Origin: an uncultured Pelagibacteraceae bacterium
GTDB lineage: Bacteria; Pseudomonadota; Alphaproteobacteria; Pelagibacterales; Pelagibacteraceae
Assembly (NCBI GenBank): GCA_902555655.1
Contig: CACDSX010000002.1
Coordinates: 21,849 to 85,848, forward strand
Length of the DNA: 64,000 nucleotides
Direction: 5' to 3'
In this document: in pieces, positions 29,027 through 38,386 of the stretch
Layout of the letters: each line of letters starts with the position of its first letter
Position numbering within the stretch: position 1 is the first letter of the stretch
The notes under the pieces: model-generated
The model's database searches: none
Told to the model about the DNA's origin: nothing
The model's input: only the letters and a program-made list of their open reading frames with translations
Translations under genes and position numbers: made by a program

Positions 29027-30352
29027 CTAACTCCAAGGAAACGGACTGTTCGAAGTAGGGTGAAGCTCGCCCTTCTCGTATCGGTTGAATCTAAAAGGTT
29101 TTAACAAGTCACTTTCTCGTCCTAAAATTTCTTTTGCAACTAATTCACCAACACCAATCATTTTATAACCATGATTAGCATCAGCAATCATATAAACATT
29201 TTCTAAAAATCTATCGAAGATTGGAAATGAGTCTGGCGTCATACATCCAAGACCACCTGATGGACCTTTTCTATATAAATCATATTTTCCTTCAAATCTT
29301 TTTTGACAATGTGCTAAAGCTGAACACCACATATCATTAAAAGCCTCAGTGGTTTGGTATTCTGGTGACTGTATTCCATAAGGATCTACATTTACTTCAT
29401 CAAAATGCTTATCAACAATGTAAGGGGAAGTTCCACCTTGAACACCCAAACCTTCAATATCAGGTTTGTAGTAAATTCCCCAAATTTTATCTGTTATTAA
29501 TTTTTTTGTTTTATCAGAATATAAAGGAGCAGTAGAGTCTACATGAATTACAGGAGGCTGTTCACCATTGTTCATTTTTAAAAAATCTGGCTCAACACCA
29601 ATTACACCTTCTTGTAACATCCAATAAGTCCACATGTCAGTTGTATGCATTTTGCCATCTTTACCTTTGATGTTTGCAGTTTTTGGGAGTTCAAGCATAT
29701 TCCAGAAATCTCTAGCCCAAGGACCAGCTCCAATAACTACTTGTTCACAATCTATTGTACCCTGATCTGTTTCAACTCCAGTAACAGCTTTACTATTACT
29801 GCCTCTTTTAAAACCATTAACTTTTACACCCTTTAAAACTTGAACACCATTTGAAGTAGATTTGTTTTCAAGCGCCTTAATAGAATCCTTATTAAATGCA
29901 TATCCACCTTTTTTTTCATGAAGCACAGATGTAATTCCTTGTGCTTGCCAATCATCAAACATTCCCTTCATATATTTCATACAATCTTTTTCACCTTCAA
30001 TGAATTCTGACTCATAGCCTATTTCTTTTTGTTGTTCGTAAATTGTTGCAACATCTTTGTGCATAACTTCTGGAGAAATTTGTAAATATCCAACAGCATT
30101 ATATTTAAATGCTTTTGGATCACTTTCCCAAACTGAAACTGAATGAGCCATTAATTCTCTCATTGCTGGCTGAAAATAATTATTTCTTACAACACCACAA
30201 GCTATTCCACTAGCACCTGCAGCAATATCTTTTTTTTCTAAAACTATAATGTCACCTGGATTTTTATATGTCTCTGATAACTTCCATGCAGTACTTAATC
30301 CGTGGATACCTCCACCAATGATTACTATTTTTGCTTTTGATGGTAACGACAT
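29027..30352 (-). CDS. FAD-dependent amine oxidoreductase (DAO / sarcosine oxidase beta-like, stand-alone)
   Basis: GGGIHG FAD motif, GASGIACGVVR, GAGPW, TPDSFPI, HGYKM. Confidence 0.85.
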   Translation of the reverse strand: MSLPSKAKIVIIGGGIHGLSTAWKLSETYKNPGDIIVLEKKDIAAGASGIACGVVRNNYFQPAMRELMAHSVSVWESDPKAFKYNAVGYLQISPEVMHKDVATIYEQQKEIGYESEFIEGEKDCMKYMKGMFDDWQAQGITSVLHEKKGGYAFNKDSIKALENKSTSNGVQVLKGVKVNGFKRGSNSKAVTGVETDQGTIDCEQVVIGAGPWARDFWNMLELPKTANIKGKDGKMHTTDMWTYWMLQEGVIGVEPDFLKMNNGEQPPVIHVDSTAPLYSDKTKKLITDKIWGIYYKPDIEGLGVQGGTSPYIVDKHFDEVNVDPYGIQSPEYQTTEAFNDMWCSALAHCQKRFEGKYDLYRKGPSGGLGCMTPDSFPIFDRFLENVYMIADANHGYKMIGVGELVAKEILGRESDLLKPFRFNRYEKGELHPTSNSPFPWS

Positions 30353-30432
30353 ATAATCATCTTTATTTTTCGTATGACTTAAATATATAATTTTTTTTAT
30401 ATATAAAAAATATAAGTAAAAATAATACGACT

Positions 30433-30783
30433 TTAAAAACTTAAATGTTTTAAGGTTTCAAGGTATTGATTAAATTCCTCAATAAAAGATGCACTTGGTT
30501 TAATATGTTTTTTTCTTTGATCTCCCAATGTTTTTTCAAGGAAAAAGAAGCCTTTTTCACAAGCTTCATTGATCATTAAGGCAGATTTTGGACGCGAAGT
30601 TTTAAATAATTTTGTTTTTAATTCTTCTACTGTTAAATTTTCCTTATATTTATAGGCATGCATAACTAAAAGCATCATGTGATAATGAGAGGGTGATTTC
30701 CTAAAAAAGTAATTACTAGACATGTGAGAAAGCTTCATTTGATCTTCCCAAAACTCTAATAAATCTTTTGTAGTTTTAGCCAT
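30433..30783 (-). CDS. MarR-like winged-helix regulator
   Basis: LTVEELK...SRPKSALMINEACEKGF...DQRKK (DxR wing); start overlaps the tdm stop. Confidence 0.65.
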   Translation of the reverse strand: MAKTTKDLLEFWEDQMKLSHMSSNYFFRKSPSHYHMMLLVMHAYKYKENLTVEELKTKLFKTSRPKSALMINEACEKGFFFLEKTLGDQRKKHIKPSASFIEEFNQYLETLKHLSF

Positions 30784-33122
30784 TAAGATCTTACACGAGT
30801 TTTTTGAGGATCGTAGTGAGGAAAACCAACTATCTTAGCTGGAATCCTTTTTTGATGGCCATCAATTTTACCAATTTCAACATCAGTACCTATTTCCGAA
30901 TGACCAACATCAATTCTACATAAAGCAATATTTTTACCTAAAGTAGGGGACAGACAAGCACTTGTAATTATACCAATTTGAGCCCTTCCAATATGAACAC
31001 AATCTCCATGATTAGCTTTTTCTTTTCCAATAAGCTCAAGACCAACTAATTTTTTTTGTGGGTTTTCTTTTCTTTTAATTAAATTTTCTTTACCAATAAA
31101 ATCATCAGTTTTTGTTTTAAGTGGAACTGCAAAACCTATACCAGCTTCAAAAGGATCTTGTTGTCCGTCAAACTCATTACCAAATAAAACAAGTCCTGCT
31201 TCAATTCTTAATAAATCTAAAGCAGCAAATCCTGCTGGTATTAAACCTTCATTTTTACCTGCTTCGATTATTTTATCCCAAACTTGAGGAGCATGATCAG
31301 GATGACACCAAACTTCATAACCAAGCTCACCTGTATAACCTGTTCTTGATACAATTAAGGGAATTCCATTTAATTCTTCTAATCTACAAATAGTAAACCT
31401 AAACCATTGCAATTCAGAAATTGCTGGTTGTGTAGGAGGAGTAAAGATTATTTTTTCTAAAATTTTTCTACTATTTGGCCCTTGCACTGAAAGATTATTG
31501 ATTTGATCTGTTGAATTTTTAATTATAACTTTTAGATTTTTTTTCTTAGCTTGATCTTTTAGCCATTCTCCTGCATATTCATCTCCACAAACCCATCTAA
31601 ATCCTGTTTCACTTAATCTTAACAAAGTACCATCATCAAACATTGTACCATTTTCATAACACATCCCTGAATATACAATCTGGCCAATAGAAAGTTTTTT
31701 AATATTTCTAGTTAGTGAATAATTCATTAGCTCTTCAGCATCTGGTCCTAAAATTTCAAATTTTCTAAGTGAAGATAAATCAATAACAACAGCCTTCTCT
31801 CTACATGCTGTATATTCATTGATTACACCATGTTTTGTGTAATCATTAGGTAACCAAAAACCTCGAGCATCAACAAAGTTTCTTGTTAACTTTGAAGTTC
31901 TCTCGTAGAAGCCAGTATTTCTTGTAAGTTTTTTTTCAGAGTCAGTTTTCATTCTAAAAGCAAAAGATTTTGTAAATTCTTTTTTTTTGTCATAAGTTCT
32001 AACAAATATATCTGTAGGATTCCATCCATTACAACTATCAATATCACTTGGGCATGCAGTTGTACCACAGGTTAAATCCTTTAAAGCTCTAAAAATTACA
32101 TAATCCCCAGGTCTGGCAAAAGACTCATCTGATAAAACAGAGTTTTGACCACCTGCTGAAGTATTAAAAAATAAGTTTATTGCATGCCAACCTTTTTTCT
32201 TTTGAACACCATATTTTTCCATAACTTCATTTAAATTATCAGAACAGTTAATATGACCAAAATATCCTGCATCCTCATAATATTTAGATGTACAAGCTAA
32301 ATTAAATGTATCATGAATACCTACTGTATCTCTTACTACTTCAACTAGTGGCTCATGGTCTACATCATAAAACTTTGAAAATAATCCTGGTCCAGGGAAA
32401 GTATGCCCCATAAAGGTCCTAGTTGTTTGCCAATCTAATCCGTTTTCTTTTCCTTTATCTAATTTAGAAGTATCATAAGCTACAAAATCAGAACACTGTC
32501 TTCCAGTAGGAGTTATTATCTGTATATAATCTCCTTCTTTTACTTGATAGGAATTTGCAGTGGTTCTAGCAATATTAATTTCGTTTGAAGGATCATAAAC
32601 TGGATCTGGAATTATAGAAAATTCTTTATCTTTCTTCACTTCTGATCTTTTAACCATTACAGTTAGTTCAGTTGATGGATTTTGTTCATGAACCATCATT
32701 TCTTCTCCTGGTGCAGCAATAATACAATAACATTTATCTTTTGATTTTAATTTAATACTCTCACCAGCTTTTGTTTCTTTATTGAAAATTATAGAAGATT
32801 TTGATTTCTCAATATCTAAATTTCTTTTTTTTAATTGAAGTAAAGCCTGTAAAGATGTTTCATCTTTTTTAAAAAGAATTTTTTTTATTTCTGAATTATC
32901 TTTAATTTCTTTTAAACCTAAAATAGCAAGTTCAGATTTACCATCTTTGTTAAACACTGAAATTTCACAAATTTGATTTCCCTCATTATTGATTATTTCT
33001 ATTTGATCATCGGGTAAAATTTGAATTCCAGTAAGTCCACCACCTTCAACCACATATCTTTCAACTCCAGGTAGTAGTGTATTCAAACCAGGCTCTTTAA
33101 TATCTAAAGTAGTTAGGGCCAT
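30783..33122 (-). CDS. tdm: Trimethylamine N-oxide demethylase (DUF1989 + GcvT fusion)
   Basis: DUF1989-like region (QCSDF, HDTFNLAC, GHINC, ACPSDID) fused to GcvT (DLSSLRKFE, SRTGYTGELGYE, LRIEAG); divergent from a TmoX-like binding protein. Confidence 0.85.
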   Translation of the reverse strand: MALTTLDIKEPGLNTLLPGVERYVVEGGGLTGIQILPDDQIEIINNEGNQICEISVFNKDGKSELAILGLKEIKDNSEIKKILFKKDETSLQALLQLKKRNLDIEKSKSSIIFNKETKAGESIKLKSKDKCYCIIAAPGEEMMVHEQNPSTELTVMVKRSEVKKDKEFSIIPDPVYDPSNEINIARTTANSYQVKEGDYIQIITPTGRQCSDFVAYDTSKLDKGKENGLDWQTTRTFMGHTFPGPGLFSKFYDVDHEPLVEVVRDTVGIHDTFNLACTSKYYEDAGYFGHINCSDNLNEVMEKYGVQKKKGWHAINLFFNTSAGGQNSVLSDESFARPGDYVIFRALKDLTCGTTACPSDIDSCNGWNPTDIFVRTYDKKKEFTKSFAFRMKTDSEKKLTRNTGFYERTSKLTRNFVDARGFWLPNDYTKHGVINEYTACREKAVVIDLSSLRKFEILGPDAEELMNYSLTRNIKKLSIGQIVYSGMCYENGTMFDDGTLLRLSETGFRWVCGDEYAGEWLKDQAKKKNLKVIIKNSTDQINNLSVQGPNSRKILEKIIFTPPTQPAISELQWFRFTICRLEELNGIPLIVSRTGYTGELGYEVWCHPDHAPQVWDKIIEAGKNEGLIPAGFAALDLLRIEAGLVLFGNEFDGQQDPFEAGIGFAVPLKTKTDDFIGKENLIKRKENPQKKLVGLELIGKEKANHGDCVHIGRAQIGIITSACLSPTLGKNIALCRIDVGHSEIGTDVEIGKIDGHQKRIPAKIVGFPHYDPQKTRVRS

Positions 33123-33162
33123 TTTTTAAAATTTATTTTTATATTATATAAATATCTATGTG

Positions 33163-33191
33163 TTGACTATCCTATAAGTAAGGCACATACT
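33163..33191 (+). promoter_or_regulatory. Putative sigma70 promoter of tmoX
   Basis: TTGACT-17 bp-CATACT; AGGAGG RBS at 33211-33216. Confidence 0.55.
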
Positions 33192-33220
33192 AATAACATT
33201 AACTAGTACTAGGAGGAATA

Positions 33221-34186
33221 ATGAAAAACAAACTACCGTTAATAATCGGTGCGATTGTTGTTATTGCAGGTCTTGTGTTCTTCATGGGTGGAGGAGACAA
33301 ATCAGCAAAAAAATCAGGCGGCGATAGCGCAGAGCCTATAGTGATTGCAACACATAACTGGTCAAGCCAAGTGGTTATGGCTCATGTTATTGGTGGAATT
33401 TTTGAATCTATGGGTAACAATGTAAAATATGTACCAGCAGATTCACAAGCTGTTTACGAGTCAATTAGAATTGGTGACGTAACATTAGCTCACGAAGTAT
33501 GGGAATCGGCTTTTGGAAAATCTTTTGATACAGCTAGAGAAAAAGGTGGTGTATTAGATTGGGGTGATCATGAAGCAAGAACAATTGAGGATATGGGTTA
33601 TCCTGATTGGGCAGCTAAATATTGTCCAGGTCTACCTGACTGGAATGCTTTAAAAAGTCCGGATTGTGCTAAAGCTTTTGCTACACCAGACTCTGGTGGA
33701 AAAGGACGAATGTTAGAAGGTCCTCAAAGTTGGCATGGAGATTTAATACCTCAGAGAATAGAAGCTCTTGGATTAGGTGATTTATGGACTGTTAAGTTCG
33801 CTGGTGGTGCTGATGCATTATGGGCAGAACTTAAAGCAGCAGAAACTGAAGGCAGAGGAACTATTATCTTTAACTGGACACCAAACTTTACAGATGGAAA
33901 AGGATTTACTTTTATCGATTTTCCACCGTACTATGATGGTTGTAGACCAGTTGATGGTGGTGATGGTAAATGTGGAGCTCCAGACGGTTATTTGAAAAAA
34001 GCCGTAAATGAGAACTTCCCAAAAACTCATCCAGCTGCCGCAGCTATGTACAAAAAGTTATCATTTAACACTAGTCAAATTGGAGCAATGGCTGCTTTAG
34101 TTGACGAAGATAAAATGTCTCACGAAGATGCTGCTAAAAAATGGTTAGCAGATAACGAGAGCGTTTGGAAGAAGTGGACTAATTAA
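33221..34186 (+). CDS. tmoX: TMAO/betaine-type ABC substrate-binding protein
   Basis: OpuAC/ProX-like: HNWSSQ, HEVWE, CPGLPDW, FNWTPNF; adjacent to tdm. Confidence 0.8.
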   Translation: MKNKLPLIIGAIVVIAGLVFFMGGGDKSAKKSGGDSAEPIVIATHNWSSQVVMAHVIGGIFESMGNNVKYVPADSQAVYESIRIGDVTLAHEVWESAFGKSFDTAREKGGVLDWGDHEARTIEDMGYPDWAAKYCPGLPDWNALKSPDCAKAFATPDSGGKGRMLEGPQSWHGDLIPQRIEALGLGDLWTVKFAGGADALWAELKAAETEGRGTIIFNWTPNFTDGKGFTFIDFPPYYDGCRPVDGGDGKCGAPDGYLKKAVNENFPKTHPAAAAMYKKLSFNTSQIGAMAALVDEDKMSHEDAAKKWLADNESVWKKWTN

Positions 34187-34217
34187 TCACTTTACTAAAC
34201 GATATCTAAATTTAAAC

Positions 34218-34250
34218 TCTCCCCTAGTTTTACTAGGGGGGATTTTTTTT
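34218..34250 (+). terminator. Intrinsic terminator after tmoX
   Basis: TCTCCCCTAGT-TTT-ACTAGGGGGGA followed by a long T-tract. Confidence 0.9.
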
Positions 34251-34278
34251 TAAATTTGATATATTTTATTACAAGAAA

Positions 34279-34656
34279 ATGAAAAAATTTTTAATATATC
34301 TCATTTTTAGTTTTATTATTTCAAACCCAAGTTTTGCAAAGAAATCAGGATGTACAGATGGTGATTGCAATAATGGATTTGGAACTTGGACTTATACAGA
34401 CAAGACAACTTATGTTGGTCAATGGGAAAATGGATCTAAAAAAGGAAAAGGTATTGAGACTTGGCCAAATGGATATGTATATGAAGGTGATTTTAATGAT
34501 AGTAAATGGCATGGTGAAGGAACTTTAAAATTTCCAGATGGATCTTCTTATACAGGAGAGTGGAAAAATAATAAGATGCACGGAAAAGGAGTTTTCAAAT
34601 GGTCTGATGGAAAAGTAATTCAAGGTAAATGGAATGAAGGAGATTATGTTAAATAA
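34279..34656 (+). CDS. Exported MORN-repeat protein
   Basis: Signal peptide, GCTDGDCNNG, then repeats YVGQWENG..GKG, YEGDF...HGEG, YTGEW...HGKG. Confidence 0.85.
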   Translation: MKKFLIYLIFSFIISNPSFAKKSGCTDGDCNNGFGTWTYTDKTTYVGQWENGSKKGKGIETWPNGYVYEGDFNDSKWHGEGTLKFPDGSSYTGEWKNNKMHGKGVFKWSDGKVIQGKWNEGDYVK

Positions 34657-35170
34657 ATTGAATCAATTTCCAGATAACATAAAAAGTTTAATAGGATTAA
34701 CAAGCTTAACAATTATAATTTTTTTTTCTTTTATAATACTTAATATCTTTTTTGGACCTGATGAAGATGCAGAACTTAAAATAGCCGAACAAAAAAAAGT
34801 ACAAGAAAAAGCTAATGAATTAATTGCGACTTTACCCAGAGGTGTTTTAACATTTTACAAGTCAGAAATAGGACAACAGTTATCATCAGATGAATATAAA
34901 ATGATTTGTATTAACACAAAAATTATTACCCAAAGAGCAATTATGGGTGCCAACATTGTTGATAACGATGCCTTTGATTTATACACAGCTAATGGCGGAA
35001 CTACTGGAAAATATTCTGTAGATTGGGATGATAGTAAAAATAAATGTTTTGCTCAATTTACAGTCAAACCTTTATCGGGTTCATCTAAGTCAGTGACTGT
35101 TAATGGAGAAGCTTTAGGTTTTTTGAAAACCAGTATTGATACAAGGGTATATTTTATTAAGAATTTTTAA
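34646..35170 (+). CDS. Hypothetical membrane-anchored protein
   Basis: ATG 34646 preferred (AAGGAG RBS at 34637-34642); one TM, then a soluble domain with two Cys. Confidence 0.7.
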   Translation: MLNKLNQFPDNIKSLIGLTSLTIIIFFSFIILNIFFGPDEDAELKIAEQKKVQEKANELIATLPRGVLTFYKSEIGQQLSSDEYKMICINTKIITQRAIMGANIVDNDAFDLYTANGGTTGKYSVDWDDSKNKCFAQFTVKPLSGSSKSVTVNGEALGFLKTSIDTRVYFIKNF

Positions 35171-35216
35171 TGGAGTATTTAATAATAATAATAGTATAAA
35201 TATATAAAATATAATT

Positions 35217-36254
35217 ATGACATCAACACCAGTAATTAAATGTGATTCAGTCTATAAGATATTTGGAGCTAATGCAGAAAAAATGCTTCAAAATTCAAAT
35301 GGAAATGTTGATGCAAAAAAGTTTCAAGACGCAGGTTGTATAGTAGGGGTTAATAACGCTTCTTTTGAAGTTTCCAAAGGTGAAATGTTAGTTGTTATGG
35401 GTTTATCGGGCTCTGGTAAATCAACTTTATTAAGATGCATTTCACGATTAACTGATGCTACTGGTGGAAAGATTTATATTGAAGGACAAGACCTATTAGC
35501 AATGAATGACAAGCAGTTAATAGAATTAAGAAGAAGTAAAATGGGAATGGTTTTTCAAAGTTTTGCTTTACTCCCCCACAAAACAGTATTGGAAAATATT
35601 GCATTCCCACTTCAGGTAAAAGGTGGAGAAACTGATGACAGTATAAAAAAAGCAATGGAGATGGTTGAACTAGTTGGGTTAAAAGGGAGAGAAAATTATT
35701 TTCCAAGAGAACTATCTGGAGGTCAACAACAGAGAGTGGGAATTGCACGTTCACTAGCAGTTGAGCCTGATATATGGTTTTTAGACGAACCATTTTCGGC
35801 TTTAGATCCGTTAATAAGAAAAGAAATGCAAGATGAATTTTTAAGACTTCAAGGAGTATTAAATAAAACAATTCTTTTTATTACACATGATTTTGATGAA
35901 GCTTTAAGACTCGCAGATAGAATTGCTATTATGAAGGATGGTTTAATTGAACAATTAGACACCCCAGCAAATATTGTTTTAAATCCCAAAACTGAATATG
36001 TAAGAAAATTTACAGAGGAAGTGCCAAGGGAAAAAGTTTTAAAAATAGAGGCAATAATGGACACAACAACTAATGACAATAATGCAAATAATATAAGTGT
36101 TTCTAAAGATGCAATTATTGAAACAGTAGCAGAAAAAATATTGAGCCAAGAAAAGCCTGCAAACGTTTTAGACGCAAATAATAATATCATTGGAAGCGTG
36201 AAACCATTAAAAATAATACAAACAGTTTTTAGAACTGGAAAAGAAAAATCGTAA
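35217..36254 (+). CDS. TMAO/betaine ABC transporter ATP-binding subunit (ProV/TmoW-like)
   Basis: GLSGSGKST, LSGGQQQRV, LDEPFSALDPLIR, THD. Confidence 0.92.
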   Translation: MTSTPVIKCDSVYKIFGANAEKMLQNSNGNVDAKKFQDAGCIVGVNNASFEVSKGEMLVVMGLSGSGKSTLLRCISRLTDATGGKIYIEGQDLLAMNDKQLIELRRSKMGMVFQSFALLPHKTVLENIAFPLQVKGGETDDSIKKAMEMVELVGLKGRENYFPRELSGGQQQRVGIARSLAVEPDIWFLDEPFSALDPLIRKEMQDEFLRLQGVLNKTILFITHDFDEALRLADRIAIMKDGLIEQLDTPANIVLNPKTEYVRKFTEEVPREKVLKIEAIMDTTTNDNNANNISVSKDAIIETVAEKILSQEKPANVLDANNNIIGSVKPLKIIQTVFRTGKEKS

Positions 36255-36259
36255 ACCCT

Positions 36260-38383
36260 ATGGAATTAATAAATAAATACCCAAAAGCAATTCAATGGAT
36301 TTTTTTGTTGGCTGTCTTTTTTGGTCTATGTTTTGTTATTCAAATTCCAGAAGGGTATGAGTTTGCGAAGGCAGGAACAGAATTTATTGATAAAGATAAA
36401 CTAGATCAAACAAAGTATAGTGTTCTTTGGAGATTACCTGCTTTTATAGCTTGGATGCCAGGATGGATAAACGACTCAGTATATTTTCTATTAAATGAAT
36501 GGTTACCGATTGAATACTTTGACTCAAGTATTCAAGAAACAAAATCTCGACCATTGGTTCTTCATATAACTAGATTAATTTCAAGTTCTATGCTTTTTTT
36601 GATTCAGTTAATTCGTGAAATTTTAATTGGTGGAGTTGATACTATAGTAGCGTTTACAAGCTGGGATTTTTTGAGTGCAAATCCTTGGGCTAAATTACCA
36701 GGTCTACCTTGGACAATAGTTGCTGGTGGAGCGATTTTGTTAGGTCATAAACTTAGTGGAAAAAATTTAGCAATATTTGCAGCCATAACAATGATATTTA
36801 TTTCTGCTTTTGGACAATGGAAACCATCAATGCAAACTTTGTCGTTTGTTTTGGTAGCAGCACCTATTTCTTTTGCTTTAGGTCTTGGATTTGGGATTTG
36901 GGCATATAAAAGTAAAAGAGTAGAAAATTTCTTAAATCCTCTTCTAAATGTTGCACAAACGATGCCTCATTATTCTTATCTTGTTCCAATAATGGTTCTA
37001 TTTGGAATAGGTGATCATGCAGGAGCAATAGCAACAATTATTTTTGCTACACCACCAATGGTTAGATTAACTTTGTTGGGTTTAAGAAAAGTTTCACCAG
37101 AAGTTATCGAAGCTGGTAAAATGAGTGGTTGTACAGATTACCAGTTATTGTCTGAAGTTTTAATTCCAACTGCTAGAAGAGATATTTTAATAGGTGTCAA
37201 TCAAGTGATAATGCAATGTCTTGCTATGGCTGTGATAGCATCTTTCATAGGAGCTAAAGGTCTTGGCTGGAACTTATTACTTGCATTAAATCAATTAAGA
37301 ATAGGTTTAGCACTTGAAGCTGGAGTATGTATTACTTTAATAGCTGTTTTATTGGATAAACTGTCATTAGCATGGGCAAATAAACAAAAAAACTATTTTG
37401 AAAACCCAACTCCTTTTGAAAAAAATAAATATCTTTATATATTTGGAGGTATAGTAGTTGTTGGTTATGTGTTTTCTTTCATAGGAACTTTTTTATTTAA
37501 AGAAGGTTTTAATTATTTTTTTATTGTTCCACATAATAAAGGAATTTCTACAGAAGCTTTCTGGAATGCAGGTGTAGATTGGGTTTTAGCAAATTTTTTT
37601 GACACTCTCAAAATTTTTAATACATGGTTAATTGTAGACGTATTAATACCAATGAAAAATGCATTTTTAAGAATGCCTATAGTGGCTACATTTGTTTTAT
37701 TTATGGGTGCAGGTTATATAATTGGTGGAATCAGGTCAGCGTTAGTTGTTGGAAGCTTTACTTTATTTATAGCTTTAACAGAATGGTGGGATAGAGCATT
37801 GATAACAATGTATATGGCAACATTTGGAGTAATAGTCTCAGGAATTCTTGGAATAACGATTGGTACTTTAAGTGCTCAAAACAAAACAAGCTCAAGAATT
37901 ACATTGGGAGTGTGTGACACTCTTCAAACCTTTCCATCCTTTGTTTATTTAATACCCGTTATTATGCTTTTTGGAGTAACAGATACATCAGTTTTAATTG
38001 CTGTTGTGGTTTACGCGACAATCCCTGCAACAAGATATACTATAGAAGGATTGAGAAGTGTGCCTTCCGCTTTACATGATGCCGGGTCAATGTCTGGTGT
38101 AACTCGTTTACAGAGATGGTTAAAAATTGAATTACCACTAGCATTTCCTCATATGATGTTAGGAATTAATCAAACAGTTGTTTTTGCTTTATTCATGGTA
38201 ATAATTGGCGCAATGATTGGAACAACAGATTTAGGACAATATATTTTAAAAGCCTTATCTGACAGACAAGGAACAGGCAATGGTTTAATGCTCGGTTTGT
38301 GTGTAGCATTTATAGGTCTTGCTGTAGATAACTTAATAAGAACTTGGGCAGATCAAAGAAAAAAAATTCTAGGCTTAGATTAG
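36260..38383 (+). CDS. Fused double permease of the TMAO/betaine ABC transporter (TmoV-like)
   Basis: Two ProW-like halves (QTMPHYSYLVP / QTFPSFVYLIP; GVNQ / GINQ). Confidence 0.88.
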   Translation: MELINKYPKAIQWIFLLAVFFGLCFVIQIPEGYEFAKAGTEFIDKDKLDQTKYSVLWRLPAFIAWMPGWINDSVYFLLNEWLPIEYFDSSIQETKSRPLVLHITRLISSSMLFLIQLIREILIGGVDTIVAFTSWDFLSANPWAKLPGLPWTIVAGGAILLGHKLSGKNLAIFAAITMIFISAFGQWKPSMQTLSFVLVAAPISFALGLGFGIWAYKSKRVENFLNPLLNVAQTMPHYSYLVPIMVLFGIGDHAGAIATIIFATPPMVRLTLLGLRKVSPEVIEAGKMSGCTDYQLLSEVLIPTARRDILIGVNQVIMQCLAMAVIASFIGAKGLGWNLLLALNQLRIGLALEAGVCITLIAVLLDKLSLAWANKQKNYFENPTPFEKNKYLYIFGGIVVVGYVFSFIGTFLFKEGFNYFFIVPHNKGISTEAFWNAGVDWVLANFFDTLKIFNTWLIVDVLIPMKNAFLRMPIVATFVLFMGAGYIIGGIRSALVVGSFTLFIALTEWWDRALITMYMATFGVIVSGILGITIGTLSAQNKTSSRITLGVCDTLQTFPSFVYLIPVIMLFGVTDTSVLIAVVVYATIPATRYTIEGLRSVPSALHDAGSMSGVTRLQRWLKIELPLAFPHMMLGINQTVVFALFMVIIGAMIGTTDLGQYILKALSDRQGTGNGLMLGLCVAFIGLAVDNLIRTWADQRKKILGLD

Positions 38384-38386
38384 AAT

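Noticed and set aside
30380-30420. TTTTTATATATAAAAA palindrome downstream of the MarR-like gene
   Set aside because: Purely A/T, low complexity; expected by chance at this composition
34334-34650. Periodic DNA pattern suggesting a repeat array or CRISPR
   Set aside because: Explained by protein-level MORN repeats; no identical DNA repeats with spacers and no cas genes
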